Assembly: GCA_963813715.1 (NCBI GenBank) | Contig: CAWFAK010000017.1 | Location: 992,001 to 1,056,000, forward strand | DNA: 64,000 bases | Source: an uncultured Planctomycetaceae bacterium | Lineage (GTDB): Bacteria > Planctomycetota > Planctomycetia > Planctomycetales > Planctomycetaceae | Direction: 5' to 3' | Program-made: the position numbers and the translations under genes | Notes under the pieces: model-generated | What the model saw: only the letters and a program-made list of their open reading frames with translations | Told to the model about the DNA's origin: nothing | Database searches by the model: none | Shown: piece by piece, positions 11,140 through 21,406 of the stretch | Layout of the letters: each line of letters starts with the position of its first letter | Position numbering within the stretch: the stretch's first letter is position 1

Positions 11140-12097
11140 GCCTGCGCCCCTCCTCGCGACTTGCCGTGACGCCGTTTGGAGGACCGCTGTCGGCGGTCGC
11201 GAAGAGCGGCGGCCGGCTTCCCCGCGTGTACTCGATGAAGGCATCTTCGAGATTCAAATCCAAGACGTCCCAAGAAAGCGGCGAGAGCGATTCGATGATC
11301 TCCTGGTGGGCCGGCCCGAAATCGACGATCAAGAGCTCGAGCCGCCGGCCATCGACCGCCGCGTTGACCAGTCCCTCACAACCGGGGAAGGCGGGAGGCG
11401 TGCCGCCAAACTGCAGGACCACTTTGCGGACCGTCTCCTTGAAGTGGTCGGTCGGGCAATCGACGCGCAACACGCCGTCCACCAGGATGCCGATCCGGTC
11501 GGCCATCCGTTCGACGTCGGAGAGAATGTGAGAGCTGAAGAGAATCGTCCGGCCTTCGCGCTGAATCACGTGAATCAGCGAGACCAGAAACTCGCGCCGG
11601 GCCACGGTGTCGAGACCGATCGTCGGGTCGTCCAGGATCAGCAGGTCGGGATCGGGAGCGATCGCCAGCGCCAAGGCGACATGCGCCCGTTGACCGTTGG
11701 AAAGCCGCCGGATCTTCTTCCCCAGCGGCAACTCGAAATGTTCGAGCACCTGGTCGAGCAGGTTTTGGTTCCAATGCTGCGGATGAAAGGCGCGGATGAA
11801 GCGAATGGCCTGACCGACCGTCATCCAGCCGAAGAGGGGATGCCCCTCGGCGAGGTAGGCAATTCGACCGCGGACCTCGGGTGGCAGGCGGGTGACGTCG
11901 TGCCCCAGGATTTCGGCCCGCCCGTATGTCGGGTGCGCCATTCCCAACAGCATGCGAATCGTGGTCGACTTTCCGGCCCCGTTGCGTCCGAGAAGCCCGT
12001 AGACCCCGCCCGATTGGACCCGCAGGTTGAGGCCGTTCACCACGCACCGCGTTCCGTAATACTTCGTGAGCCGTTCGGTGGCGATGACGTCGGACAT
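11129..12097 (-). CDS. ABC transporter ATP-binding protein (YtrB-like)
   Basis: GRNGAGKST, LSNGQR, LLILDDPT, SSH. Confidence 0.93.
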   Translation of the reverse strand: MSDVIATERLTKYYGTRCVVNGLNLRVQSGGVYGLLGRNGAGKSTTIRMLLGMAHPTYGRAEILGHDVTRLPPEVRGRIAYLAEGHPLFGWMTVGQAIRFIRAFHPQHWNQNLLDQVLEHFELPLGKKIRRLSNGQRAHVALALAIAPDPDLLILDDPTIGLDTVARREFLVSLIHVIQREGRTILFSSHILSDVERMADRIGILVDGVLRVDCPTDHFKETVRKVVLQFGGTPPAFPGCEGLVNAAVDGRRLELLIVDFGPAHQEIIESLSPLSWDVLDLNLEDAFIEYTRGSRPPLFATADSGPPNGVTASREEGRRHEE

Positions 12098-12123
12098 TGG
12101 TGCGCCCTTATCTCTATCTCTTT

Positions 12124-12529
12124 CTACGATCGGGTCTCGAGCCGGGAAGGCTCCCATTGAAACTGTTCGGAGCGCGCCGCGACGAGCCGCTGGACTTCAG
12201 CCTCGGAGAAGCCAAGATGGACAGCTTCGGTGAGGAATTTGTCAACGAGCTCGATCAGTCTGCGGCGGCGGACTTCCTTCGCGAGTTGAGCGCGGGGCTC
12301 CGCCACAAACACGCCGCGGCCGGGCTGGTTGTTCAGGATCCCTTCGCGCTCCAGCTCCACGTAGGCGCGCGCGATCGTGTTTGGATTCACGACCAGGATG
12401 CGGGACAGTTCTCGAACCGACGGCAATTGCTCGCCGGGCTTGAGCTGACCGCGCGGCCCCTTGCCGGACTTGCTGCACGATCTGGCGATAAATCGGGAGC
12501 CGTGACGATGCCTCGAGCCGAAATTCCAT
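12124..12529 (-). CDS. GntR-family regulator, YtrA subfamily (frameshift ~12452)
   Basis: PIYRQIVQQ, LPSVRELS, VNPNTIARAY, GRGVFV; short C-terminal domain; heads an ABC operon. Confidence 0.92.
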
Positions 12530-12556
12530 CGGATTTCCTTCTGGCGACTACACCGG

Positions 12557-12595
12557 CAACTGTACTAATAATACTAATACAGTTGAGCGTGTCAA
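12557..12595 (-). promoter_or_regulatory. YtrA-type operator overlapping a sigma-70 promoter
   Basis: Perfect inverted repeat CAACTGTA-N13-TACAGTTG (12557-12585); minus-strand TTGACA (12590-12595)-N16-TATTAT. Confidence 0.85.
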
Positions 12596-12864
12596 GCATT
12601 CCCATGCGCTCGAAGTCCATCAAGAGCAGGATGACGACCCGCCACCCGCCAGTTGGCGACCTCCGCGGGTTCGCAGGTCGATTCGCGCGTCGTGCGCTCG
12701 ATTCATGCCGCGTGCCCGCTCCGCGCGTCCGGCGGGACCGCCTTGTTTCGCTCGAAAACGACTCTTAGAATAGCGTCGGTTCGCGAAGATCTTGGGCGTG
12801 CACTGTCGCCGGATTCCCGTCTGCAATCGATGCCCACGTGGTCCCCAACGCGGAGAAAGTGTTG

Positions 12865-13656
12865 ATGTCCGGCCGGCGTGAGTTCTTCCCCAACGTCATC
12901 GAAATGAACCACCAGGCGCGTCGCCGGCTGGGCTGCTGCGTCTATCTGGTGCACGATCAGTCGCAGTGGATCCTGATCGATATCGGCTACGAAGACACCG
13001 TTGCCGAAATCATCGACATGATCCGCCGGATGGACTTTTCGCTGGCCAGTTGCCGCTATCTGGTCGCCACGCACGCCGACGTCGATCACATTCAAGGGCT
13101 GAAGAAGGCCAAAGATCTGCTCCCCTCGGCGGAAACAGTGGGCCACCCCGAAACGCAGCGGCTGCTGCTCGAAGGGGACCGCATCATGACCTACGCCGAA
13201 ATCTCCGCCCAGCAAATCTCGATTGATCTGCCGATCATCAAACTCGATCGCACAATCGACGAGGGGGATGTGCTCAAGATCGGCGAGAAAAAGATCGAGG
13301 TTTGGCACACGCCCGGGCACACCCACGGACAGCTGTCGTTTCGCATGGACGACTTGCTCTTCTGCGGCGATAATATCTATCGCGACGGCTGCGTGGGAAA
13401 CATCGACGCGCATCACGGCTCCGACATTCCCGCATTCATCCGCTCGCTCGAACGGATTCGAGACAGCGACGTCGAGTGGCTCTTGCCGAGTCACGGGCCG
13501 ATCTTCCGCAAGGACAACGCCCTGCTGGATTCGACGATCGAGCGGTTGAATGGTTATCAGCACATGGCCGACTTCGGCACCTGCGCGGTCGATTGGCCGT
13601 TGCTAGACGAGTGGGATGAAGAACTGGCGCGCGGGGATGTTCCCTCGAAGGTCTGA
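12865..13656 (+). CDS. MBL-fold metallo-hydrolase
   Basis: ILIDIG, THADVDH, HTPGHT, FCGD, LLPSHG. Confidence 0.9.
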   Translation: MSGRREFFPNVIEMNHQARRRLGCCVYLVHDQSQWILIDIGYEDTVAEIIDMIRRMDFSLASCRYLVATHADVDHIQGLKKAKDLLPSAETVGHPETQRLLLEGDRIMTYAEISAQQISIDLPIIKLDRTIDEGDVLKIGEKKIEVWHTPGHTHGQLSFRMDDLLFCGDNIYRDGCVGNIDAHHGSDIPAFIRSLERIRDSDVEWLLPSHGPIFRKDNALLDSTIERLNGYQHMADFGTCAVDWPLLDEWDEELARGDVPSKV

Positions 13657-13809
13657 GCTGCCGACCGTTGAGTCCAGGCCTTAGGCTGAGTGACGGGGAT
13701 AGCCACCAACTCAAAGTGGCGGCTTGCGAAACGCCAGCTCACATGCCGTGCGCCGGCAAGGTACACTGATATGCGATTCACGACTTTCGTTTCTTATGGA
13801 GATCTCTGC

Positions 13810-14439
13810 ATGGCGGGCCGTCGTTTTCCCATCCAAGTCGTGGCATCGTTCCTCGCAATCTTGCTCGTGTTCGCTTGCTCTGACTCGGCCCGTGCGGCGA
13901 AGTACAATCGTAAGGTCGACGTTGGCAAACCCGGGCCGAAGTTCGAGGGGCTGATGGGAGTTGACGGTAAATCGCATAGCTTGGACGACTACAAGTCCGC
14001 CAAAGTGCTGGTGATCGCCTTCACCTGCAATCACTGCCCGGTCGCGCAGATGTACGAAGATCGTTTCATCCGCTTCGCCAGAGCCCAGAAAAAGCGGGGC
14101 GTCGTCTTCATCGCCATCAGCTCGAGCCTGCTCCCTCCAGACAGCCTCGACAAGATGAAGGAGCGGGCCAACCAGAAGGGATTCGATTTCCCCTATCTCA
14201 GCGACTCGACGCAAGAAGTGGGCAGGGCCTACGGAGCAACCGTCACCCCGCAGCTCTTTGTCCTCGATCGCGAACGCAATATCGCCTACATGGGAAAGTT
14301 CGACGACGATATCGAGCCTGAGAAAGCGCAGCGGTCCTACGTCCGCGACGCCGTCCATGCCCTGTTGGACGGAAAGCGGCCCGATCCCGACGAGACACGG
14401 GCCACCGGTTGCGGCATCGAGTACGGCAAACCGCAGTAA
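13810..14439 (+). CDS. Exported thioredoxin-fold (AhpC/TSA-like) protein
   Basis: Signal peptide, FTCNHCP, FDFPYL, YGATVTPQLFV, ATGCGI. Confidence 0.9.
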   Translation: MAGRRFPIQVVASFLAILLVFACSDSARAAKYNRKVDVGKPGPKFEGLMGVDGKSHSLDDYKSAKVLVIAFTCNHCPVAQMYEDRFIRFARAQKKRGVVFIAISSSLLPPDSLDKMKERANQKGFDFPYLSDSTQEVGRAYGATVTPQLFVLDRERNIAYMGKFDDDIEPEKAQRSYVRDAVHALLDGKRPDPDETRATGCGIEYGKPQ

Positions 14440-14498
14440 CCGCCCTCGCCGCTGACAAGCCCAAATCGGAAAACGCGGCAATCGGAAGGAATCGAGCA

Positions 14499-15176
14499 AT
14501 GTTGAACGGAACTCGCTTTGAGACTGCGCGCGTGCGGACTGCGTGGCTGGCAAGCTGTATGTTTTTGACGGCGACGCTGCTCGCTGGCTGCGCTGGAAAC
14601 GAACCGCCTGCGGCCTCGTCCGGCACCGCTGGCGCGGGTGCTTCCGGTGCGGCCAATACCAGTGAATCTCCCCCTAGGGGAAAACCCCTAGTTGCCCCCT
14701 CAGCAGTCGCCGACGCCCACGGAACATCGCAGGTCAAAGTTGAGCCGGCCTCGCCGGAAGAGTATCAGAAATATGTCGCCAGCCTGCGCGGTAAGGTGGT
14801 CTTAGTCGATTTTTGGGCCACCTACTGTCTCCCCTGCCGCGAGAAGTTCCCGCGCACCCTTGCATTGGCGAAAAAGTATGCCGATCAGGGGTTTACCGCG
14901 GTTTCGATGAGCATGGACAGTCCCGATCCGTCGTATCAGAAAAAGATTCTCGAGTTCTTGACGCAGCAGAATTCTGAGATAAAAAACCTCGCCAATCGAC
15001 TCGAAGATACGGACGCGGCCTTTGCGGCCTTGGATATCGACGGTGGTGCACTACCGCACTACAAGATCTACGGGCGTAATGGAAAGCTCAGAAACAAGTT
15101 CGGCGGCGACCCCGACCACCCGTTCGACGACGCCGACATCGAGAAAGCGGTCGTCGCTGCTCTCAAAGAGCAATGA
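14499..15176 (+). CDS. TlpA-family thiol:disulfide oxidoreductase lipoprotein
   Basis: Lipobox LLAGC; GKVVLVDFWATYCLPC; ALP cis-Pro loop. Start uncertain. Confidence 0.9.
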   Translation: MLNGTRFETARVRTAWLASCMFLTATLLAGCAGNEPPAASSGTAGAGASGAANTSESPPRGKPLVAPSAVADAHGTSQVKVEPASPEEYQKYVASLRGKVVLVDFWATYCLPCREKFPRTLALAKKYADQGFTAVSMSMDSPDPSYQKKILEFLTQQNSEIKNLANRLEDTDAAFAALDIDGGALPHYKIYGRNGKLRNKFGGDPDHPFDDADIEKAVVAALKEQ

Positions 15177-15193
15177 GCGAAAGCTTAAGCTCG

Positions 15194-15379
15194 AGTTAAA
15201 TCGAGAATACTTCTTGGTTTAGCAGGAATCGTGGGGTATTCTGATGAAACTTTGGCATTTTCCGACTCGTAATTCCTGTAGGCGAGTTTAAAGAAGGTGC
15301 GGGGGCAGACTTCGACTTTTTGAACCGTCGTGCTTGCTTTTGCGTTAAGCGATCGACGAAGAGCCAGTTAAATCGAGAA
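15194..15379. repeat. 14-bp exact direct repeat flanking an AT-richer intergenic segment
   Basis: AGTTAAATCGAGAA at 15194-15207 and 15366-15379. Confidence 0.85.
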
Positions 15380-15479
15380 CGGCGTCGCGGTGGTCGCGGC
15401 TGAGTAATGGGTCGTGTGGGCCGTGCGACGTTTTTAGGTAAGTTTTCGGCGCTTGAGCTGGGCAGGAGGGCTCATCCGC

Positions 15480-18476
15480 ATGCCACAGACGCACTCGGTC
15501 GCTTGCCCTGCTTGCGGCGCGTCCCTCAAGATCACCAAGGCTTCACTCGTCGGCAAGAAAGTTCCTTGCCCGTCGTGCAAGAAGCCTTTCGTGATCCAGG
15601 TACCGACGGACGTTTACATTCCGTTGGCCGACGACATCCCTTTAAAAGCATCGGATGGGCCGTCTGACGCGCCGACCAAGGCGGGCGCGTCCACTTCGAG
15701 CGTGATCAAGATCGCAGTCGACGCGCACGATCTTCCGCTGCTGGACGACGAACCGAAAAAACCGTCGCGCAGCCAATCGAGCGTACTCGATGTCCCGCTG
15801 AAATCGTCGAGCCGACGATCCGACTCCAAGGCCGACGCGCCCGTTCGCGAGCGGCCCAAAGAAGGATCGGGCGAACGCATCAAGTCGCGCGGGGACGCGA
15901 AGAGCGGAGCGTTTGCTTCGCAAGCCGAGTCGAGCGAATTCGACGCGATGCTTGCCGACTCGTCCGGCACCGATCTCTTGGACGAGGACGACGCGAAGCC
16001 CACGGCTAGACGCAAGGGCAAGTCGGGCAAGCGATCGGCGCCCGACATCGAAACGTCCGAGATCGATTCCATGCTCGCCGACACGGACGAGCAGGATGAA
16101 CGGGTGGCCGATAAACCGATTCTCCGCCGCAAGAAGGCGCGAACCAATCCCGAGCTCGACGAGACGGATTCGGAATCGATTGCCGTAGCTGTCCCCGATT
16201 ACGATGACGACGATTTGCCCCCTATGCCCGCGCGGACGCGATCGAGCGGCGGCTGGAACGTCGCGGAGCACGGCCCCTTGGTCGTTTGGACCAGTGTTGG
16301 CGCCGGTGTGCTGATCCTGCTGTTGCTGTACATCTTCTTCAGTTCGCGACCGTCCAGCGTGCCCTCTGCTCCCGCGAATGCAGTCGCCACGGAGACATCA
16401 GAGACGAAGGACGCGGAGGTGGCTGAGACCGAGAAACCGGCCGTCGACGCGTCAAAGGCCACGGATGAAACGGCTGAACCGTCTGGCGGGTCGTCATTAC
16501 TTCGGCACAAAGACAAGGCGAACGGAGCGAAGACACTCAAGTCGAGCGGAAAAACGGCCGAGCCAGCCGCGGGAACTTCGGACAGCCCGAAGACAGACGA
16601 TGAAGGAACGCAGAAGCCGGCCGGATCGCTCAAGCGCGAATCCTCGTCCTCTAAGGAGGCCAGCAAGGATTCCAGCCATGCGAGCAAGAAGGGCTCCAGC
16701 CCCGGCGCCAAGTCGGGATTTGACGTGAAGACGGCCGTGACGATGGCCGGCACCGCCCACGGTGAAGGCGGGACTTCCGCCAAGATCGGACGCACGATCG
16801 CCCCCTTCTCGGCCGCCGCGGTCGACAACACGACATTTCATTCGGCCGACCATAAAGAACAGGTGTTGGTTGTCGCGTTTCTGGGTGTCGAGTGCCCGCT
16901 GGCAAACCTGTACGCCCCAAGTCTTCGCGCGCTCGCCAGACATTACCAGGGCAAGTCCGTGGCGGTGATTGCGGTCAACGCCAATGCCCAGGACACGCTC
17001 GAGCAAACTCGGGCACAAGCCCGGGCCAACGGTCTGACCTTCCCCGTTTTGAAGGACGCCGGCAATGTCGTGGCCGACGCGTTCGCTGCCGAACGAACTC
17101 CCGAAGTCTTCGTGCTTGATGCCGCGCGCACCGTGCGCTACTGCGGCATGCTCGACGATCAGTACGGCTATCGCGAGCGGCGAGCGCAGCCGACCAAGAC
17201 CTACGTGACCGACGCAGTCGATGCCCTCTTGAAGTCCGAACCGGTGGCGGTCGCCGAGACTCCCGTGCAAGGCTGCCACATCGGCCGAGTCACGAAACCA
17301 TCCGAAACGGCAAAGTCGAGCTACTATCGCGACGTGTTGCCGATTCTGCAAAACCGTTGTCAGCAGTGTCATCGTCACGGCGAGATTGGGCCATTCGCGC
17401 TCTCAGACTACGAGGTGGTCCGCGATTGGGGCCCGACCATTCGCGACGCGGTGACCGAGCGACGGATGCCTCCCTGGCCCGCCGACCGGAAGATCGGCAA
17501 CTTTCAAAACGACTGCAGCCTGACCGACCAAGAGATCAACGCGATCACGCAATGGGTCGAAGAAGGGTGTCCGCAGGGAGACTCCGCTGAAAAGCCAGCC
17601 GAAAAAAAGTTTGTCGAGGGCTGGAACATCGGCAAGCCAGACCGCATCTTCAGTATGCCCGAGTCGTTTCACGTCCCGGCAACCGGAGTCATCGAATACA
17701 AGAACTTCTATGTCTCACCGGTCTTCACCAAGGACACGTGGGTGCAGGGAGTCGAGTGCCGATTCGGTAATCACAGCGTCGTGCATCACATGCTGGTGTT
17801 GCTCGACTTCCCGAAGGACCATTCCCGCTCGCAAGACGGGCTCGTGAATGGATTCTTCGCCGCTGGGGCACCGGGGGGCAGCTATTTCCTCTTCCCGCAG
17901 GGTTATGCCAAGAAAATCCCTAAGGGCGCCCGTCTGCGGTTTCAAATGCATTACACGCCCAACGGAACCGCGGCCGACGACCTTTCGAAATTCGGCATCG
18001 TGCTTGCCAAGGGAAATTCGTCTAAGGAAATTCAGACCTTCGCGCTGGGCAAGCCGGATATCCTGATCCCGGCCGGTGACGCGGACCACATGGAATGGGC
18101 CTCGCAAACCGTACCGGCCGATATCACGCTGACCGCGCTGATGCCGCACATGCACGTTCGCGGCAAGTCGTTCAGCTTCTTTCTGCAGCGCCCGAATGGC
18201 GAAAAAGAGCCCCTGTTGTCCGTACCGCGGTGGGACTTCAACTGGCAGTATCAATATGAGCTGGCCCAACCGCTCGTCGTGCCGCGAGGGTCGAAACTGA
18301 TCGTCGAGGCGCATTGGGACAATTCGGCGAGCAATCCCAACAATATTCTGCCCCTCGTTGACGCGCGGTTCGGAGAGCAGACGTTCGACGAGATGTTCAT
18401 CGGCTACATCAACGCGATTCCCGCCAAAACGGTCGCCGATACGGGCCACTCAGGCCGACCGCATCGCCGCGGCTGA
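15480..18476 (+). CDS. Multidomain membrane protein: Zn ribbon - disordered region - TM - redoxin - cytochrome c - Cu type II monooxygenase-like domains
   Basis: CPAC...CPSC; TM ~16278-16340; GVECPLAN and ERTPEVFVLD; CQQCH; VVHHM, QMHY, MPHMH, WDFNWQ, DEMF. Confidence 0.88.
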   Translation: MPQTHSVACPACGASLKITKASLVGKKVPCPSCKKPFVIQVPTDVYIPLADDIPLKASDGPSDAPTKAGASTSSVIKIAVDAHDLPLLDDEPKKPSRSQSSVLDVPLKSSSRRSDSKADAPVRERPKEGSGERIKSRGDAKSGAFASQAESSEFDAMLADSSGTDLLDEDDAKPTARRKGKSGKRSAPDIETSEIDSMLADTDEQDERVADKPILRRKKARTNPELDETDSESIAVAVPDYDDDDLPPMPARTRSSGGWNVAEHGPLVVWTSVGAGVLILLLLYIFFSSRPSSVPSAPANAVATETSETKDAEVAETEKPAVDASKATDETAEPSGGSSLLRHKDKANGAKTLKSSGKTAEPAAGTSDSPKTDDEGTQKPAGSLKRESSSSKEASKDSSHASKKGSSPGAKSGFDVKTAVTMAGTAHGEGGTSAKIGRTIAPFSAAAVDNTTFHSADHKEQVLVVAFLGVECPLANLYAPSLRALARHYQGKSVAVIAVNANAQDTLEQTRAQARANGLTFPVLKDAGNVVADAFAAERTPEVFVLDAARTVRYCGMLDDQYGYRERRAQPTKTYVTDAVDALLKSEPVAVAETPVQGCHIGRVTKPSETAKSSYYRDVLPILQNRCQQCHRHGEIGPFALSDYEVVRDWGPTIRDAVTERRMPPWPADRKIGNFQNDCSLTDQEINAITQWVEEGCPQGDSAEKPAEKKFVEGWNIGKPDRIFSMPESFHVPATGVIEYKNFYVSPVFTKDTWVQGVECRFGNHSVVHHMLVLLDFPKDHSRSQDGLVNGFFAAGAPGGSYFLFPQGYAKKIPKGARLRFQMHYTPNGTAADDLSKFGIVLAKGNSSKEIQTFALGKPDILIPAGDADHMEWASQTVPADITLTALMPHMHVRGKSFSFFLQRPNGEKEPLLSVPRWDFNWQYQYELAQPLVVPRGSKLIVEAHWDNSASNPNNILPLVDARFGEQTFDEMFIGYINAIPAKTVADTGHSGRPHRRG

Positions 18477-18518
18477 GGGTCGAAGCAGAGAGCGGGCTAC
18501 GGCTCGAGATTCCGGCTT

Positions 18519-19071
18519 ATGCCGCGCGACAATGCTGCCGAGTCGTCCGATCCCGCGGACGAGCTTTTCGACGTGGTCGACGCTGACGATCGCGTCATCC
18601 GGCAGGAGCGGCGGAGCGTCGTTCATGCTCAGGGGCTCGCCCATCGAGCCGTCCACGTCTTTCTTTTCAATTCACGCGGGCAGCTCTTGGTCCAACGGCG
18701 ATCCGCTTCCAAGGACGAATACCCGCTGACTTACACCTCGTCAGCTTCCGGGCATGTCGGCGCTGGAGAGACCTACGAGCAATGCGCCTCGCGCGAGCTG
18801 CTGGAGGAAGTCGGCATCGAAGCCCCGCTGGAGCGGCTGGTCAAGCTGCCGGCCTCGCCAGAAACGGCCCAGGAGCAGACCGTTCTTGTTTCGCGCCGTG
18901 AGCGATGCGGTTCCCGCGCCAAATGAGATAGAAGTCGCCAGCCTGACTTATTTCACTCTCGACGAGCTCCGGGCGCTCGCGGCGGCCGACCCGGCCGCAT
19001 TCAGCCCCCCGTTTGCCACGCTCTTAGACTGGTACATCGCGCACCTCGGGACTGCGCCCGGGGCACACTAG
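18519..19071 (+). CDS. NUDIX hydrolase, IPP-isomerase-like (frameshift ~18890)
   Basis: [10 protein letters not shown]; Nudix box [23 protein letters not shown]. Confidence 0.88.
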
Positions 19072-19088
19072 GGCCGGCAGCCGCCGGG

Positions 19089-19649
19089 CTAGCGCTTCAC
19101 GAGTTGCGTGATGGCGTGCGGCCCCGCATGGGGATTCGGCTCCTTGCCGGCGACGTCCAGGTTGAATTCCCAGTCCGTTTTGCCAGGAGACGCGATTTCG
19201 ACGTGAAACGGCGACGTGTCGGGGTCGTTGTAGAGGTTCTTGAGATCGTCCGGCCCGCTGAACTGCGATCCGCGACGAGGCACGAGTTCCGCGAACAACA
19301 CCGTGTATGCCCCCGGAGGCACACCGTCCCCCTTGGTATAGCGGGTAAACTCGAAATGCCCGTCCTTGTCGCACGCCGTGTAATAGAGCGTCTCATGACC
19401 CGGCTGCGCGTCCTTCGCGCTATAGAGGATCAGGACGAGAGCTCGCTTGCGCGGAATCGAGGGCGTCTGATGGTCGATCGTCGCGGTCCCGGAGAATCGA
19501 GCGACGCCGATCTGCGACCCCTTGGTTTCCGCGAGCTGCTCTTTGATTGCTTCGTCGACGCCAGGCCGCTGATTGCATCCGGCCAGTGCGATCGCGGCCG
19601 CGAAAAAGAGCGGCAGCCACGTCAGGAGCGAACGAAAGCGTTGGCTCAT
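19089..19649 (-). CDS. Lipoprotein of the type usually found downstream of DUF1559 genes
   Basis: Lipobox LAGC; DKDGHFEF...DGVPPGAYTV; DLKNLY; WEFNL. Confidence 0.75.
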   Translation of the reverse strand: MSQRFRSLLTWLPLFFAAAIALAGCNQRPGVDEAIKEQLAETKGSQIGVARFSGTATIDHQTPSIPRKRALVLILYSAKDAQPGHETLYYTACDKDGHFEFTRYTKGDGVPPGAYTVLFAELVPRRGSQFSGPDDLKNLYNDPDTSPFHVEIASPGKTDWEFNLDVAGKEPNPHAGPHAITQLVKR

Positions 19650-19783
19650 GCAGGACTCCCGAGATTCCCGGTCCACCCCGTTACCTGAGTGATCGGATTC
19701 CCAACTCGAGAAATTGGGCGCGGGCCCGACCCTACGAGCGTGTTTGGACGCTCGCGGGCCGGATTGTTCGCGCCGCAGACAGC

Positions 19784-21001
19784 TTAGAAGTTGTCGGTGA
19801 CTGGAGCGCGGCCGCAGTACGTGATCAAGCGGCAGAAGGTGACGACGCTGATGTTCTCGCTCACCATGTGAGCCGATCCGTCGCACATCGCAATTCCGCA
19901 CGAGCCCGGGTGGAAGCTGTACAGGCCGAGATTGACCTCGTTCGTGCAATTGATGAAGCAAGCCGGGGCGGCTCCGTTCGGATTGTGCGTCGGACCGCCG
20001 GGGGTCGGCGCGGCGCCGTGCCGTCAAACGTCGAACCATTGAGCACGACCCAGGCGTTGTCGATGCAGGCCCAACATCCGCCGGCGTTGGGCGGAGTGGC
20101 GGGGGCATTGGCGACTTTCACGCCGCGCTCCCATAAGTCGGGGCGACCGCCAAGCTCGGCGCAGAAGATAGTGGACGACGTCCCGTCGGTGATCAGGTCG
20201 ATCGAGATCGGCCTCACGCCGTTGCGAATCACGTTGAAGTTGAGCACGCCCAAGCGGCGCGTCTGAGCCGTGAACGCTCCCGGCCCCCCCGCGTTAAATG
20301 TCTCGACGCCCTGCGGGTCGGTCGGGCCAGCCGCGCCGTCGTAGGCGCACGCCAGGCCGCAGCAATAACCGCCGACGGCCGTGTAATCGCTGGCCCCCGC
20401 AAAGTACGACGGATAGGCGCAGAACGGGAAGAATCGCAGGCTCTTCTCCAAGAAAGGATTGGTGGTGCGGGGCGAAGAAGGGCAAACGAAGGAAGGAACG
20501 ACGCCCGCTGCCGGACGCTGCGCACCGGAAGGCGAGCCGTTGCAGCAGCTGCCCGAGTTGAGGGCGGTGTAGACCTGGCCTCCGTAAGTCGCGCAGCACA
20601 AGTTCGCGGGAGAAAAGATCGGCGCGTTCATGCAGATCCGGTTGTAGAGCGTCGTGGCCTCCATGAACTCCAGCAGCCGCTCGCCCCACACGTGGACGTT
20701 CCAGTCAGTGTAGGGCTGTGCAGGCCCCGTTCGTGAAGCAGCAGCAACCGCAGAAAAACTCATGGGTCGACATCTGCACCGGCCCGAGCAAGAGAGTGAA
20801 GGCCGGAGGGAACGTGTTGTTGACGTCGTGATAGTTGTGGGCCGCCAGGGCAATCTGCTTCAGATTGTTGCGGCACTGGCTGCGACGGGCCGCCTCGCGG
20901 GCGGCTTGCACGGCAGGTAGGAGGAGCGCGATCAGTACGGCGATGATCGCGATTACGACCAGCAATTCGATCAGCGTGAAAGCGCGTCGACGATGATTCA
21001 T
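19784..21001 (-). CDS. DUF1559 prepilin-type protein, Cys-rich (frameshifts ~20715 and ~20000)
   Basis: [55 protein letters not shown]; corrected C-terminus [17 protein letters not shown] (H-X9-DG). Confidence 0.93.
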
Positions 21002-21076
21002 TGCAGTGTCCTTTTCAGTTCTTTAGAGAGCCTCCCATGAGGGGAATCAGGATGCGGCGGCCCGGACAATTGCAAC

Positions 21077-21091
21077 GCGGCACAAGTGCCA
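21077..21091 (-). promoter_or_regulatory. Candidate sigma-54 promoter of the DUF1559 gene
   Basis: Minus strand TGGCACTTGTGCCGC (GG-N10-GC), with an AT-rich tract upstream. Confidence 0.45.
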
Positions 21092-21295
21092 AGTTTCGTG
21101 CAGAATTCAACGAATTTCAAAGCTCAAATCTGTATTTGTTTACACGTTTGAGCGCTCATCCCAGGTATTCAGCCCGGACGGTGAGAAATCGCACGGATTG
21201 GTGCCGAAGACTGCGCCCGAGCCCCTGGGCTGGTCGGCTAAACCCTACCTCTCCAACGTCCGTGAACCCTTGGCGGGCCTAGATTTACGCAATCG

Positions 21296-21324
21296 TTGAC
21301 AGGCTTTCCGCCCTGGTCTAGTCT
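21296..21324 (+). promoter_or_regulatory. Sigma-70-type promoter
   Basis: TTGACA-N17-TAGTCT, ~80 bp upstream of ATG 21407. Confidence 0.7.
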
Positions 21325-21406
21325 GGCGAATCGCGCTTTAGGGCGGTCCGCTGTCGCCGGACTGGGCCGCCCTCCAAAACCGGAATTGACACCAGAAGGA
21401 TTCACC

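Noticed and set aside
19089..20108. 339-aa ORF joining the DUF1559 end to the lipoprotein
   Set aside because: The upstream part is an off-frame reading; the lipoprotein signal starts at ATG 19649.
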